This document shows positions 13,171 to 26,700 of a stretch of 35,916 nt of DNA, piece after piece. The notes under the pieces were generated by a model, which was not told the DNA's origin, did no database searches, and saw nothing but the letters and a program-made list of their open reading frames with translations. The stretch's first letter is position 1, and each line of letters starts with the position of its first letter. Origin of the DNA: Conidiobolus incongruus B7586. Lineage: Eukaryota. The position numbers were made by a program, and so were the translations under genes. Location: contig JNEM01012610.1 of NCBI GenBank assembly GCA_000697335.1, forward strand, positions 1 to 35,916. Reading direction: 5' to 3'.

Positions 13171-14212
13171 ATTAGATTTTTGTGAATTAGCATGACTCCG
13201 TCAAAATATGGTAATATGGTTGCATTCACTCTTGGATCATTCATCACATACTCGTTGAATTGATGTAAACTACCACTAATGGATTTGGATTTGGGACGAT
13301 GATTAATATCTTCATCGTAAGCACTGCATACCAATCCCTTAAATAATACTAAAAACACACTATTATTCAATATTGATTTAATCGATAATTGAATCAATAT
13401 TTTACCATTGTCAACAACTATCAATCCCCTATCATTTAATAAATTCTTCTTCAAAATATAATCGTAATAATCTCTATATTTTTTCTTATTGGCATCTTAT
13501 ATTAATATATTAACAAAAGTTTGATAATATCAATAATATTTTTTTGATACCTATAAATATTAAGTCAAAAGATTGGTCAATTTTTAAACTCTCCAACCTA
13601 TTTAAGAAAATTATCAATATAAATGTCACTAAATACTATGCTAAATCATTACCAGTCTAAAGCATTCCCTTCCACCACCTCAATCTTGTGCCCAAATGGC
13701 AACTTTTGAAAAAACTCCCTAGCAATTGTCAAACTATCTAAATCTTTGTCAACTGTAACCAATTTGAAATTTCCATCTGCATTACAATGAACTAATCCCT
13801 TGTGGAGCCAAGTAGTGGAATACCCTACAAATGTCCCGAGTTCCAAAATGGATTTACAATGGTTGGAAGTAACTAAGAATTGGAGGAATTGACCCAATTG
13901 ACTACATATTTGTTTGTCAGTCTCTTTAGTTGGATAGTGGTTTGAAGTACAGTGATTTAGCAGTTCAAAATGCTGAATATAATCATAATCTAAAGAAGAT
14001 TTTGATGGTTTGGATTGTAATTGATTTAAATATTGATTGATCTAAAAATTATTTAAAAAAATGATTAAATAACTAATATTTTCTTTAATTACCTTATTAA
14101 AATTATCAATATTATTATTAGTATTATTATCAAATTCTAAAAAATTTCTAGAATAATACCTAACTCCGATTCTATTGAATGGTTTTATATGGTATGATAT
14201 TCTTTTTAACAT
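13164..14212 (-). CDS. SAM-dependent O-methyltransferase family 3 (CCoAOMT/COMTD1-like) with probable mitochondrial presequence; exons 14212-14093, 14041-13653, 13597-13551, 13495-13406, 13348-13164
   Basis: Spliced product contains ILELGTFVGYST (SAM binding), FDLIFIDANKKKY, GLIVVDNVLFKG and FNEYVMNDPRV..ILPYFDG. All four GT-AG introns are phase consistent. N-terminus MLKRISYHIKPFNRIGVRYYS is basic and lacks acidic residues. Confidence 0.9.
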
Positions 14213-14873
14213 TATTATTTAAATTGGATATTCTTTGAACCCTGAGGAATTACGTTAATATGAAATTCAAATTAATTAAATTTAATTTATGGGATTATTT
14301 CAACCTTTGGATGAAATTATTAATTAGAAAATGATATATATATATAATTAACTGATATATGTTTCGATTTTTCTATAAAGCGATTGAAGAATGAATTTTT
14401 CTGATAACAGTTAAAATCAATTTAAAATCCAAATCAAATCAATATATGGTTTGGAATTAAAATATAATATTGTTAAAATTGAATACGTGATTATAATAAT
14501 TGTTCTTTTTATTCATGCTATAACTTTAGATATGATGTTGCAATTTTCAAATTATAGATTTAGAATTAAATAATGAGAATTAACAGATGATATTGAATTA
14601 ATATTTAAAATGAGGAGGATAACAATAATGCTATAAAAATATAATTAATTGCTAAAATAATGTATTATATAAATTTTTAAATTGATATAAAATTTATTGA
14701 TTTTTTTTTGAATTATATTGGAGAGTAAAATATTGAAGTTAATTTAAAAAATATATCACAATTATGATTCAGATCCTTCTCTTCCAGCGCTTAAATAATT
14801 AGAATAGTGTGACCTCATTATACATTGTTATTATTATATAGAACTGGCCATTTGCGATACTGAGTTAATTACA

Positions 14874-17800
14874 TTAGTTAGGGACTTCGTAGTCGGACAT
14901 GGGGGGACATGAACAGATCAAGACACGATCACCTAAGGCGTCATCGACACGTCCAACGGAAGGCCAGAATTTCTTTTGACGGAGGTTGGCGACGGGGAAG
15001 GCGGCTTGTTCTCTGGTGTAGGGGTGATCCCAGTGAGAGCTAGTGAGATGTTGAAGAGTGTGAGGGGCATTGACCAACAAGTTGTTTTCTTTGGGGTGAG
15101 TACCATTTTCAATGAGCCTGATTTCTTCTCTGATGGCAATCATGGCGTCACAGAAACGGTCCAATTCGGCCTTGGATTCGGATTCGGTGGGTTCAACCAT
15201 GAGGGTGTTGGTGACGGGCCAGGACATGGTGGGACTATGGAAACCGTAGTCTTGGAGGCGCTTGGCAACGTCGATGGCTTCAATACCGGCAGTGGCGATG
15301 AAGGGTCTGATATCAATGATGAATTCGTGAGCGCACATACCGTTGTTGTTGGTGTAAAGGATAGGGTAGTGATCCTTGAGACGGTTCAACATGTAGTTAG
15401 CGTTGAGTAAAGCAGTTTCAGTGGCGCTCTTTAGACCTTGACCGCCCATCATTTTGACGTAAGCCCAGGAGATGGGAAGAATGGAGGCGGAACCGAAAGG
15501 AGCGGCAGAGATGGGACCAATGCTGGTAGCTAAGTGCTTCTCACTGGAGACTTGTTCGAAGAAAGGATGAGAAGGCAAGAAAGGAACAAGGTGAGACTTG
15601 ACACCAATGGGACCAATACCAGGACCACCACCGCCATGAGGAATACAGAAAGTCTTGTGCAAGTTCAAGTGACAAACATCAGCACCAATGGTGCCAGGAC
15701 TAGTTAAACCAACTTGGGCGTTCATATTGGCACCATCCATATAGACTTGACCACCATGAGAGTGGATAATGTCACAGACTTCCTTAATACCATCTTCGAA
15801 GACACCGAAGGTAGAAGGGTAGGTAACCATGATAGCTCCCAAACGCTTGGAGTATTGTTCAGCCTTAACCTTCAAGTCAGCGATGTCCAAGTTACCGTTG
15901 TCAAGGCACTTGACGGGAACAATCTTCATGCCAGCCATAGCGGCAGAGGCGGGGTTAGTACCATGAGCAGAGACAGGAATCAAACAGATGTCACGATCGT
16001 TTTCGCCCAAAGATCTGTGGTAGGCACGAATAACCCTTAAACCAGCGTACTCACCTTGAGCACCGGAGTTGGGTTGTAAAGTAACTCCATCAAAACCAGT
16101 GATGGTAGCCAAATCAGTTTCCAATTCCTTGATCAAAGTGAGGTAACCCTTAGTTTGATCGACGGGGGCGAAGGGATGGATGTTGCTGAATTCAGGCATA
16201 GTGATAGGGATCATTTCAGTAGTAGCATTCAACTTCATGGTACAAGAACCCAAGGGAATCATGGCGTTGGTGAGAGACAAGTCCTTGGATTGTAAATGGT
16301 GGATGTATCTCAACAATTCGGTTTCAGAGTGGTAGCGGTTGAAAATGGGATGTTCCAAGTACTTGGATTGACGAGCGAATTGAGAGGCAATGGGGAGAGG
16401 AGTAGATTCAGTGATACCAAGTTCTTGAACAATGGAGTCCAAATTAACTTGAGAGTTGGTGAAAATTTGGACAATTTGTTCTAAATCTTCACGGTTGACA
16501 GTTTCATCTAAAGAGACACCAACATGCTTGTCATCAATGTGACGCAAATTGATACCAGCAGCATAACCTCTTTGGACAACTTCATTAGCATTACATTCAA
16601 CAGTGAGGGTATCAAAATAGTTAGCATTGACAATCTTCAAGTTGGACTTGGTGAGAGCAGTAGCCAAAATACCAGTCAGATTGTGGACGCGTTGGGCGAT
16701 CTTCTTAAGACCTTCAGGACCGTGGTAAACAGCATACATGGCACTGATGTTGGCCAAAAGAGCTTGAGCAGTACAGATATTACTGGTGGCCTTTTCACGA
16801 CGAATATGTTGTTCACGAGTTTGAAGAGACAAACGGTAGGCATTGTCACCATGGACATCTTTGGAAACACCTACAATACGTCCAGGAATACGACGCTTAT
16901 GGGCTTCACCAGTGGCAAAGAAGGCAGCATGGGGACCACCAAAGCCCAAGGGAACACCAAAACGTTGGGAGTTACCAATGGCAATGTCAACGCCAAATTC
17001 ACCAGGAGGAGTCAATAAAGTCAAGGCCAAGAGATCAGTGGCAGCAATAGCTTGGGCCTTGAAGGAATGAGCCTTATCGACAATGTTCTTGTAATCCAAG
17101 ATGGAGCCTTGGGTGTTGGGATATTGGAATAAGACACCACAGGTATCCTTGCCAACTTCTTCCCAGTTGACGTTGAATAAGTCAGCAACTACAACATTGA
17201 TGCCAAATCCTTCAGCTCTGGTCTTGACAACAGACAAGGTTTGGGGGTGAATATGTTGATCAACCAAGAAAGTCTTCTTGGCATTGCGTGAGAGAGAGAA
17301 GGAGAGAGCCATAGCTTCAGCAGCGGCGGTACCTTCGTCAAGAAGGGAGGAGTTGGCAATTGGGAGACCAGTGAGATCAGAGATCAAGGTCTGGTAATTA
17401 AGCAAAGATTCCAAACGACCTTGAGAAATTTCAGGTTGGTAGGGAGTGTATTGAGTGTACCAGCCAGGATTTTCCAAGATATTTCTTTGGATAACGGTAG
17501 GAACTAAAGTGTTGTAGTAACCAGTGCCAATATAAGAGCGGTTGACCTTATTCAATGAGGCAATTTTTTTAACATAGGCAAGTAACTGGCTTTCAGTGAG
17601 ACCTTCAGACATGTTTTGTAAGGTGGGACTTCTGATAGAGGCGGGGGTGGCCTTGTCAACCAATTCATTTAAAGATTTCAAATTCAAAGTATCCAACATT
17701 TCGCTGATCTGATTTTCTTGAGGTCCGTTGTGACGGCGAGCGAAAGTATCTAAGGGAGCAAATACATCGCGAGAGGTGGATTGGTAGCGAGCAAAGCTAG

Positions 17801-17900
17801 AAAGAGCAGGTAAGTTAGCTTGATTCAACTTACTATGTGAATAGATTAATCTGCTAGTGGTGTTAGTCCTGCAAATGGCGCGAGAGAAATTTCTCAACAT
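14874..17900 (-). CDS. GCV2: Mitochondrial glycine dehydrogenase (decarboxylating), glycine cleavage system P protein, intronless
   Basis: Motifs [56 protein letters not shown], the PLP-lysine motif [18 protein letters not shown], and EPTESESK. First ATG at 17900 gives presequence [11 protein letters not shown]. Strong C/T-ending codon bias. Confidence 0.98.
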   Translation of the reverse strand: MLRNFSRAICRTNTTSRLIYSHSKLNQANLPALSSFARYQSTSRDVFAPLDTFARRHNGPQENQISEMLDTLNLKSLNELVDKATPASIRSPTLQNMSEGLTESQLLAYVKKIASLNKVNRSYIGTGYYNTLVPTVIQRNILENPGWYTQYTPYQPEISQGRLESLLNYQTLISDLTGLPIANSSLLDEGTAAAEAMALSFSLSRNAKKTFLVDQHIHPQTLSVVKTRAEGFGINVVVADLFNVNWEEVGKDTCGVLFQYPNTQGSILDYKNIVDKAHSFKAQAIAATDLLALTLLTPPGEFGVDIAIGNSQRFGVPLGFGGPHAAFFATGEAHKRRIPGRIVGVSKDVHGDNAYRLSLQTREQHIRREKATSNICTAQALLANISAMYAVYHGPEGLKKIAQRVHNLTGILATALTKSNLKIVNANYFDTLTVECNANEVVQRGYAAGINLRHIDDKHVGVSLDETVNREDLEQIVQIFTNSQVNLDSIVQELGITESTPLPIASQFARQSKYLEHPIFNRYHSETELLRYIHHLQSKDLSLTNAMIPLGSCTMKLNATTEMIPITMPEFSNIHPFAPVDQTKGYLTLIKELETDLATITGFDGVTLQPNSGAQGEYAGLRVIRAYHRSLGENDRDICLIPVSAHGTNPASAAMAGMKIVPVKCLDNGNLDIADLKVKAEQYSKRLGAIMVTYPSTFGVFEDGIKEVCDIIHSHGGQVYMDGANMNAQVGLTSPGTIGADVCHLNLHKTFCIPHGGGGPGIGPIGVKSHLVPFLPSHPFFEQVSSEKHLATSIGPISAAPFGSASILPISWAYVKMMGGQGLKSATETALLNANYMLNRLKDHYPILYTNNNGMCAHEFIIDIRPFIATAGIEAIDVAKRLQDYGFHSPTMSWPVTNTLMVEPTESESKAELDRFCDAMIAIREEIRLIENGTHPKENNLLVNAPHTLQHLTSSHWDHPYTREQAAFPVANLRQKKFWPSVGRVDDALGDRVLICSCPPMSDYEVPN

Positions 17901-17975
17901 ATTGGACTGATAATAATGAGATTTAGGAAGAGAAGAGGTCAAGTGCACTGATAGTGGGAGGACAGCTTATTTATG

Positions 17976-17984
17976 ATGAGTCAA
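17976..17984. promoter_or_regulatory. Gcn4/CpcA-type (also Bas1-type TGACTC) site upstream of GCV2
   Basis: ATGAGTCAA (TTGACTCAT on the gene strand), about 77 bp upstream of the ATG. A variant ATGACTAA lies at 18275-18268. Yeast GCV genes are known Gcn4/Bas1 targets. Confidence 0.5.
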
Positions 17985-18538
17985 TATTTTTTAGTTACCA
18001 TATACGATTGTCTTTGAAACAGAGTGAAATTATCGTCCACAAATTCAACGTGCCAATGAACATGAGACATCCTCCCAACTTTACTCGCGTCATTTACCGA
18101 AAATTACCATAAGATGCTAAAGGCTTTTGGCTGGGATTACCATAAGAGACCAAAGCTTGAAACTTCATTGCTCAAACTCAATTTGTGAATCACCATGGGC
18201 ATCATCCAATGAATGAAGGCACCTGACCCGATTTTTCCACCATTAATCTAATTAATGAGTTGTACCGTTAGTCATCTCAATTTAATACATCAATGGTCAC
18301 ATTATCAAAGTGAACTCTTTGTTTATGTGAAATGGAATCAATGCTAAAAAAATGTTGAGAATGATACCAAATATAGCCATGTTTATCTATATTTTCTCAC
18401 ACTTTCCAGTTAAATTCATTTCCACTGAGAATTTCTATCAATCAAAGTTTACAACTTATATATCTTTTTGTTTGTTTTAGAATTTTTGTTGCTTCGTGTT
18501 TTCATATATTTTTTATGAATGAATTTGGATTTATTAGG

Positions 18539-18560
18539 ATATATATATATATATATATAT
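18539..18560. repeat. (AT)11 microsatellite
   Basis: Direct reading. Confidence 0.9.
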
Positions 18561-21234
18561 GACTATGTCACCACAACAATTCATTTCAAATTCAAATTTA
18601 GTGATAGCATATTAAATTTACATTCAAATGATGCTATTTTAACTTTTTCATCGTTTTGTTATTATAAATTCACACATTTATTGATGTAATATATTTTCAT
18701 CAGCATACTTTGAATCAATATTATTTAGACCAAAAGAATATAAAATATTAGCTAATATTACATTGTACTATATTCATTAATTCAACATGACTATTTAATC
18801 ATAATCATCATATTAAACAGATCACAAGGGGTAGTTATGGATACAACCATATAATGTGATAGATCCAATTCCATTTCAAAATTGATAATTCCCTAAAATG
18901 ATCCTTCATACAAAATTCCATTATTTAGGGGCGTATTATTTAATTGCAATATATTATAAAGAATAGTGTAAAAAGGTTTTTTAATTTTAACCAATCATAT
19001 AAGAGTATCTTGATAATGAACTCTGATACATATAATATTTATAATTCAATGTCCTTTAACCTAATAAATTTTTTGATCATTTGATTTTTATTGATTATAG
19101 ATTTAATAATTGAATACAAAGCTATTTACAGAGATTTTTATTTAAAAAAGATATTATTGATCAATATCCATATAATACTGAAAATAATAACTATATATTG
19201 CTTGAGATATTTTTAAATATAGATTCTTAAATTTATTTTTATTAATATAAAATTTAATGCAATTTACAAAAATAATATTAATTAATTCGTTTATTTAACT
19301 ATCGGAAAGAATCGGAAGATATTTAATCCTTTATCATTCAAAGACAATAATGATTAATTTATTTATAATTCAAAAATAACTATAATTAGGTTAATTAGAC
19401 TTATATAATCACATCCTTAAATCATCTTAAGTTAATCTTAACATTTTTTTCAATATGAAATATTTATTTTTATAATAATTATTTCTTAATTAATTTAGGC
19501 TTTATTTTCATTAATTTTCATTTAATTTTTTTTTTAAATTAATCGAATTTGTTTTTTTTTGTATAATTTGTACTACTTGAAAAAATTGAATTATTAAAAA
19601 TTTTAAATTAAATTAATTTTATTTTCAAAATAGAATGTATAATTTAAATGTTATTAATAATTTAACATATATAGTATTTGAAGCATATAATTACAAAAAT
19701 TTACTAATTCATTATACTAATTCATTTCAAGATATGATATATGATTGTGTTAAATATAAAATTAATTTTAAAAAAATATTAGGTTAAAAAGTATTTAGTT
19801 GATATAGAATTATTATGAATGTGTTAATAGCCATAAAATTTTAATTAATTTTTCTATATTTTATATTGATTTTCTTTAAATTCATTATATATCTCGATTA
19901 CTCAATATTTTTAATATTAATTACCAATGAGATTAATTTAAAAATCAATTAATTTTTATTCATTTGATATATCGACATATTATTAGGAACAAATGAAGAA
20001 AAATTATTTACTTAATATATATATATATTGAATAGTTCAATCTTTCTTTTCGAAATAAAATACTTGACCAGGTTTTATATCACATTTATAATTATTATAT
20101 CAATTTACTTAATTTTTTATATTGAGAGACCTGTAATTAATTCCAATTTTATAAGATATATTTTTATAAAAATCCTATCATAATTTTATATTTATATTTT
20201 AATTTTATTATATTTTATTTATTATTTTTTGCTTGAATATATTTAAATTATATTTGATATATAATTTTTTCTTGCAACCTTGTTTTAGAATGCTATTTAA
20301 ATATAATGAGATAAGTTGTGTACTTTTGATATATATTTCACATATTGAAAAAGTCCTTAAAATTTAATACAATTTTATCTAAATATAGATTTATCAAAAA
20401 TCAATTTAATATCCAAGTTTTAAATATAATTATTTTTTTATTATATATATTAAATTTGATTAAATTCGAAAAATATTTAAAAAACATTTAAACATATAAA
20501 ATAGAAATCAACATTATTATCAATAAATGATATTTCAAAATATTATATTATCAATTTGATATATATTAAGTTTCTTGTTAATATATGACAAATAAATATT
20601 GAATATATTATTATGAAATTTAATCATCATTTTAATCAATTTCTGTATATTTGTAATATTGGAAATATGTTGTTGCGTTTAATGTATAAGCAAAGAAAGC
20701 TAGAATTGATTAACTTTAATTAAGAATTACGAGCATTTAGATTAACAATGATAATAATCCAATAAAGATACGAAAAGTTAAGAAGTAATAGCAGGTTTAT
20801 CAAGCCTATCATAAATTATTTATATTAAGTCAAAAATAATAACATCAACTCAAAGCGTAATATTAAAGGTCCATGTATTCAATGAAAAAATGGAATAAAC
20901 ATAGAATCCAATACTTAAATTTTGAATATAATTGAATTAGATTTAATGCATATAAAATTAATTGAAGATTAAATATATCTCAATTGTCATTTATAGTTTT
21001 AGTTTATATATATATAATATGTATATATATTAAAACAACATGTGGATACTATTTGTTTAATAAATTTTAATAAAATATTAAAAATTTTTATTTAATTTGA
21101 GCTAGAATTGTATATTAAAAATATATTTTTGTAAACATTGATCGCGAATATATTTGAAACAAATAATTTTTCTAGTATTATAATAGAATTTCATAAAACT
21201 AGAAAAAAATTGCATTTGAGGAAAAATATTCACG

Positions 21235-21258
21235 ATATATATATATATATATATATAT
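21235..21258. repeat. (AT)12 microsatellite
   Basis: Direct reading. Confidence 0.9.
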
Positions 21259-22753
21259 AACTTGATACGCTTATAATTGACGTTTCTAGAAAGTACATAT
21301 CAGTAGTTTATATAATAAAATAAAAAATTCAACTGTGAATTTAGGCTTTAGATTGAATTTTAATTCAAAATATTAATCGATTTTAATATTTACTAATGCT
21401 TAATAAATTTAATAATAGTAAAATAATAAAATAATTAAAATAACTATATATACAATATTATAAAGAAGTATTAATTTTTTGTTTAATAGTTATGTTTCTG
21501 AAATTATATTTCAATTTAATTGATGCTTTTAAAATTTGTAACAATTGCATCGTTTCGCAGAAAGCTAAGTATATAATTGGTAATAATTTTAGTGAATATT
21601 ATTGTAAATGGTTGAAGAGTTAAAGGGAAATCAACTATTGAATCAGGATTTTAATAATTACAATGTTTTTATGAATAGTTAAGAAATTAATATTCTCTAT
21701 TGGTTGAAACTTGCTCAAAAATTCGAAATATATGATAGCTTTGCTAACTTGGGGTCTATTCCGAGTTTAAACTGAAGAGTAAAGTCAAATTTAAATTTAT
21801 AATATATTCAATTTTTTCAAATATGATATACATTAAAGAATTAAGTTTATATTTTATGAATATGGTTGATATTTTTAATCTTAGACTACCAAATTAGGAA
21901 ACTAATTTATCTTTAAAAATGTTTAACAAGTTCAGATACTTTGTAAGAATTTTGAATGAAAAAAAACTAATATTGGTAGTTAAAATCAATATATGGCATT
22001 AAAAAATATGGAATTTTCAAAATATTGAAATTATATAATATATTAGAATATGGATAGTTATCAAAAAATTATGAATTGAAGATTTTGATAATTAAGCTAT
22101 CTATATTAACTAGTTTTTACAGAATCCGTGTCAAATTGAAATTATAATAAGGAGAATATCAAATAATTTGACGATCATACTTCAACCTGGTAATATCTTT
22201 TAATATCCAATAGGTGCATAAAATCATTTACCCTTTACATATTTATCCTCCACTTGATTATTATTTGATAGTTTTGAGTTCATTAATTATTAAAAGGTAT
22301 ATTTAGAATAATTTGATTGAATTTCAAGAAAATTATTTTAATCTTAAAAAAAATAATATAAAAATTATATTATTTTCATAATTTTTATATTTTTGTTCTT
22401 TTGTTAAATTAATAAAAAATATATATTTAAAATCTAATAAACAAATATTCTAATATTATTTTTTTGGAATAATTTTATCTAGTTAACCAATTGAAGATAT
22501 TATTATATCATTTTATCAATTAATTTAATCAATAAAATATAACTCCACCTTTCAGACACTTATAGCAGTTACTATAATTTGTAATTTTGATCTGACTAAA
22601 AAATATAGGTAAATAGACTAGAAAATTAAGCCAATATTTAGAATACTATATATTAATATCAACCATTTTATAACGATAATGTTTATAATCAAATCTCTAA
22701 TTTAACAGTTATATTCACTACCTGCCAAATCCATCACATTTAGTCGAGAACAG

Positions 22754-22830
22754 CCTGAAAAAATAATTAAGTGTGGGGTAATTGGAATTAATACTCGTAA
22801 ATAAAATTACCCCTCAATATTATTTTCAGG
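22754..22830. repeat. Imperfect inverted repeat (hairpin)
   Basis: Left arm CCTGAAAAAATAATTAAGTGTGGGGTAATT; reverse complement of the right arm CCTGAAAATAATATTGAGGGGTAATT; 21-nt spacer. Confidence 0.55.
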
Positions 22831-23763
22831 ATTATTTTTATGATTCTAAAACTAGTGGCATATATCGGTTTTAAGGTTTGTTTTTAGTTGGGATTATTTT
22901 CTCCTGAAGGTTTATCACTGGTAAATGGTGATGTAAGTTAGTTGGGGTGAGAGAAAAGGAATATCTAAAGAGTAAACTCATTTATACTTTGAAACAATAT
23001 AGTTAAGCTGACAATTCATTTTAGTATATTATCAATTATTAGTTAGTGGTGAATATAATCTGCAGTCTAATTAATAGACTCATAAAATCATACATAATAC
23101 TTGAAAGGTATTACAATTTGTAATAACATAGTCTAGAATAAAATGATCTCCTCAGTCAATACAAGATCCAGTACTAAGAATTTTAAAAGGGGTTCTCAAT
23201 ATGCATATTATCAACAAAATCATCTAATACAACTCTACAAAGTCAGTTATACAACGATTAACAGAGCTGACTTTCAAATTTCTAAATACTGCAACTAGGA
23301 TCACTAAGTTAATTATATTTAGTTAATTATAACTATAACTACTATTAGACCTAATTGTTATTTAAGCTCAATAAAGTACTTGATATATAAAAAAATATAG
23401 AGTGATGATGACAGAGATCTTTTCCCAATTTGTCAATTAAAATTGGAAGAGAAAATGAAATGAATGGTCATTTTAAGAGAAGGGGAAAAGTAATTCCAAG
23501 TATATCAGTTCTTTAACTATTATGTAACAGTAAAATTTCCGTGATTAGAATTTATAATTGCTTCAATTGATTACACCCTCCCCCTTGACAGTTTTTAATT
23601 GATAGCCATATTATAAATACACCTTAAATTCCCTATTATTCCAAATTTTGATGCTTAAGTCTTGAAATTATAATTAGAATTTTTATATAGTGTGTATTTA
23701 TTGTGTATATCTTTAGAGTTGTTTGAAGTGTTGAATTTTTAATTCTTTTAATTGTATTTTAAA

Positions 23764-26700
23764 ATGATGGTTAGTAGAGAGGTTACACCAAATAATAATA
23801 TGCATGATGATGCTAAAAAAGAGCAGTATAAATCTTCAGGAAAAATTACTAAAATTCCTTCAAAAGCATCTCGCACTAATATCTATCAAGCTTCATTATC
23901 CAGGATTGAGTCGAGAAAGAAGGAATGGATCAAATTAAATTTAGTAATTAAGGGATGGTGTAGTGTCGCACATCCTCCCATGACTTGGGACGATATCAAC
24001 CACGGCGAGATCAACCTCTTAGTTCATAGAAACGATACTGTCGAGGACATCTGCCATAGGCTTGAGTCCGAATGGAGCTTAAATCATGGATTTTTATTCA
24101 ATTCTTTTCTATCACCCAATATTACCAAGTTAGCGACAAATGCAAGTTTGGAGGTGTTAGCACTATCACCTGCGAATCCAGCTTCCAATGTACTACCACC
24201 TCAATTACTACCAGCAGAGAATGATGTAGCATCAATGAAACAGAAAAATTCTCCAGAACCCCAACACCATCCCATTCAACTCAATTTACCTCGAATTTCG
24301 GTGAGTATATCCAACCCCACCGCTTCAAGTGATTCCGATTCTTATTGCTCGTCGAATTCCACCGATAATAATAAGGATCCAAGAAGTGAATATTCGAGCC
24401 CTTGCGACGAAATTATTCCATTGATCTGCGGGATGATGTATTACCAGGGAAAACCCTTAGACTTTAGGACACCTATCAGCATAGTTTTGCCCAACACCGA
24501 GTTCAACCCCAATTCGCCATTACCTCGAGTGGAAGTGACTAATCATTTGAATTTGGAGGAATATTATAAAAAGATGCGTCATGTTGAAGAATTGAGTTTA
24601 AGTTCATTATTAATGACCAAATATGATGATTTCATTCAGTTTATTGATTTTTGTATGTCTGAAAAATGTTTAGAATTACTTTCTTTCTGGCTAGAACTCG
24701 AGGCATTCAGATTGAATAAGGATGGGAGATCAGTGATGGAGGGCAGCTGGTACCTGTATTGTACCTACATCGATGAACAAGCTCCCTTGAAAGTGACATT
24801 ACCTCAAGAGATCACTGAAGAGCTTTTTACTGATATTGGTCATCGCTATAGTGATAATATACATGACGTAGATCCTAGTGAATTGAAATGTCAATTTGAT
24901 TGGATCCATCATTTTGTAGAAATGGAGTTAGTCAATCGCGCATACACTCGATTTAAACTCATGCGAACAGTCATACATAATGCTGAGAGGGAGTGTTCCA
25001 ATGTGTGGGATTATTACCAGCCTAATGAAGATCTCACTTCAATCTTCCCCATCCCTTCACTCTCCAACTTCAACTTCCCCTATCTCTACCCTGAAGCCCT
25101 ATTGGCATCCATTCTATCCCAATTCGTTGGCCCATTATTCACTGTCGAAGACTACTTGCCTCTTTATGCTCCCGCACAGCCCGTCAAACGCCGCAAAATC
25201 ATCCAGCAATTCCACAAATTCTTTCATGATTATAGCTCCGATTACTATTGGAAGCCCGATAAATCTATAAAATCTAAGCGAAGATTGCAATTGACGAGAT
25301 CAGTTGATTTCCTCAGCGAAAAGCCAAGCCTTTCTCCCAATATTCAGCTGGTGCCAACCCTCTTAGCACCTGAAGGCCATCCATTAGCACGCAACTTTAG
25401 TGATTCGACCGATTCTTTCTCTATTGAGTCGCCACCACCCCAAATGCCGTATTCAGAGTTGAATAGGGGGTACCAGTCCCAGGAGAGCTTGAATGCGAAA
25501 GGGGCAAGACGCGCCACATTTGCACATTACGAGAGGGCGAATAACTGGTTAAATCATATGGAGAATCTGGATTTCGAACTCGGACATCCCGTGTCTCGCA
25601 TTTCCACCTCATCCATCCAATCTGAGCAACCATCCCTGCAACCATCCTCCAAGCCCAAGGAGCGCAATCCACTCATCAATCGACTCACCCAAATTTGGAA
25701 AATCGAATATCTCACAAAAAGGAGAAATTCAGCGCCATCTGAGAGCATTCAAAAAAATTTGGACCAATTTGAGCATTCCAACTTCTATTTAAGGAGGGGA
25801 AGTCAAGATTCCAACATTCCTATCTTTTCTAAAGAGAATTTAGCTTCTGCTTCTTCCTGCTTGGGATCTTCAGAGCATAATCGTATGAGCATGGTCGATT
25901 ATTGTCAAGAGAATGGGATAGCTTGCACCAGTTCTACCAGAGATTTACTAAATCACATTGAAAAGGAAGGCATTCCCAGAGAATTATTCAGAGCGCAGGA
26001 TTGTTCAAGTCCTCACTTGCCTGATGAATTGCCTTATATTGAGGCTTCTAGATTGTCCATCAGCAGTTTCCGGAGAAGGTCCATGAAGGAAACTGATCTT
26101 CAAACAGCAGACTACAATGATGTATTAAATCAACTAGAATGCACACTGAGCAAGACTAAGCCTAGAACACCATACATCCCTCCCAGTCGCCACACTTACT
26201 CTCCCTCAAGAGTCTCCGTTGTTGAAAAGGCATCTAAATTGAAGAAGGTGTTTGGTGAATTGCCACCACCCGAGCTCGTTAGAACTTTCACTGATGGCAG
26301 GGTGTCCACATCGAGTACTGATCGCAGTTCCATAGGATTGGGAGGATCACCATGTAATTTAAAGCGTTTTTCGCTGCAGTCCGTGCTAAGTCAACACGTC
26401 GCTATCACAGCGATTCGTGATGATGCCAACGCAGGATCGCTTATTCACAACATTACTCAAATCCCCATTCACTGGGTGCGTGGTAAGCAATGGATGATCA
26501 ATTCGGATGTGAGTGATCCCCAATTGGTAGCTCATACAGTATTCAGAAGAAGAGTTGGCAAATTGAAGACTATCCTTGGAGATGAATTGCAGTACGAATC
26601 CGCTAACCAATGTTTGACCAATGATTTTGCAAAAGGAACCAAGGACTTTAGTACGATGATCAAGAAGGGTAAGAACCGCTTAACTCAGTTTATTCCCAGT

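Noticed and set aside
14933..17070. Several antisense and alternate-frame ORFs within GCV2
   Set aside because: Expected shadows of strong codon bias; no recognisable protein features.
14874..17900. Horizontal transfer of GCV2, suggested by higher GC and lack of introns
   Set aside because: It has a mitochondrial presequence and the single-chain form expected in eukaryotes. The C/T-ending codon bias fits high expression, and there are no mobility signatures.
23401..23455. GTGATGA box-C-like word and a weak hairpin; similar words near 17973, 18805, 20624 and 29359
   Set aside because: No convincing box D with an rRNA-complementary guide, and no enclosing intron.
24980..26610. Short alternate-frame and antisense ORFs in the RGS gene (likewise in RTF1, KDM4, MAM3 and POL32)
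   Set aside because: They overlap well-supported genes and have no independent coding evidence.
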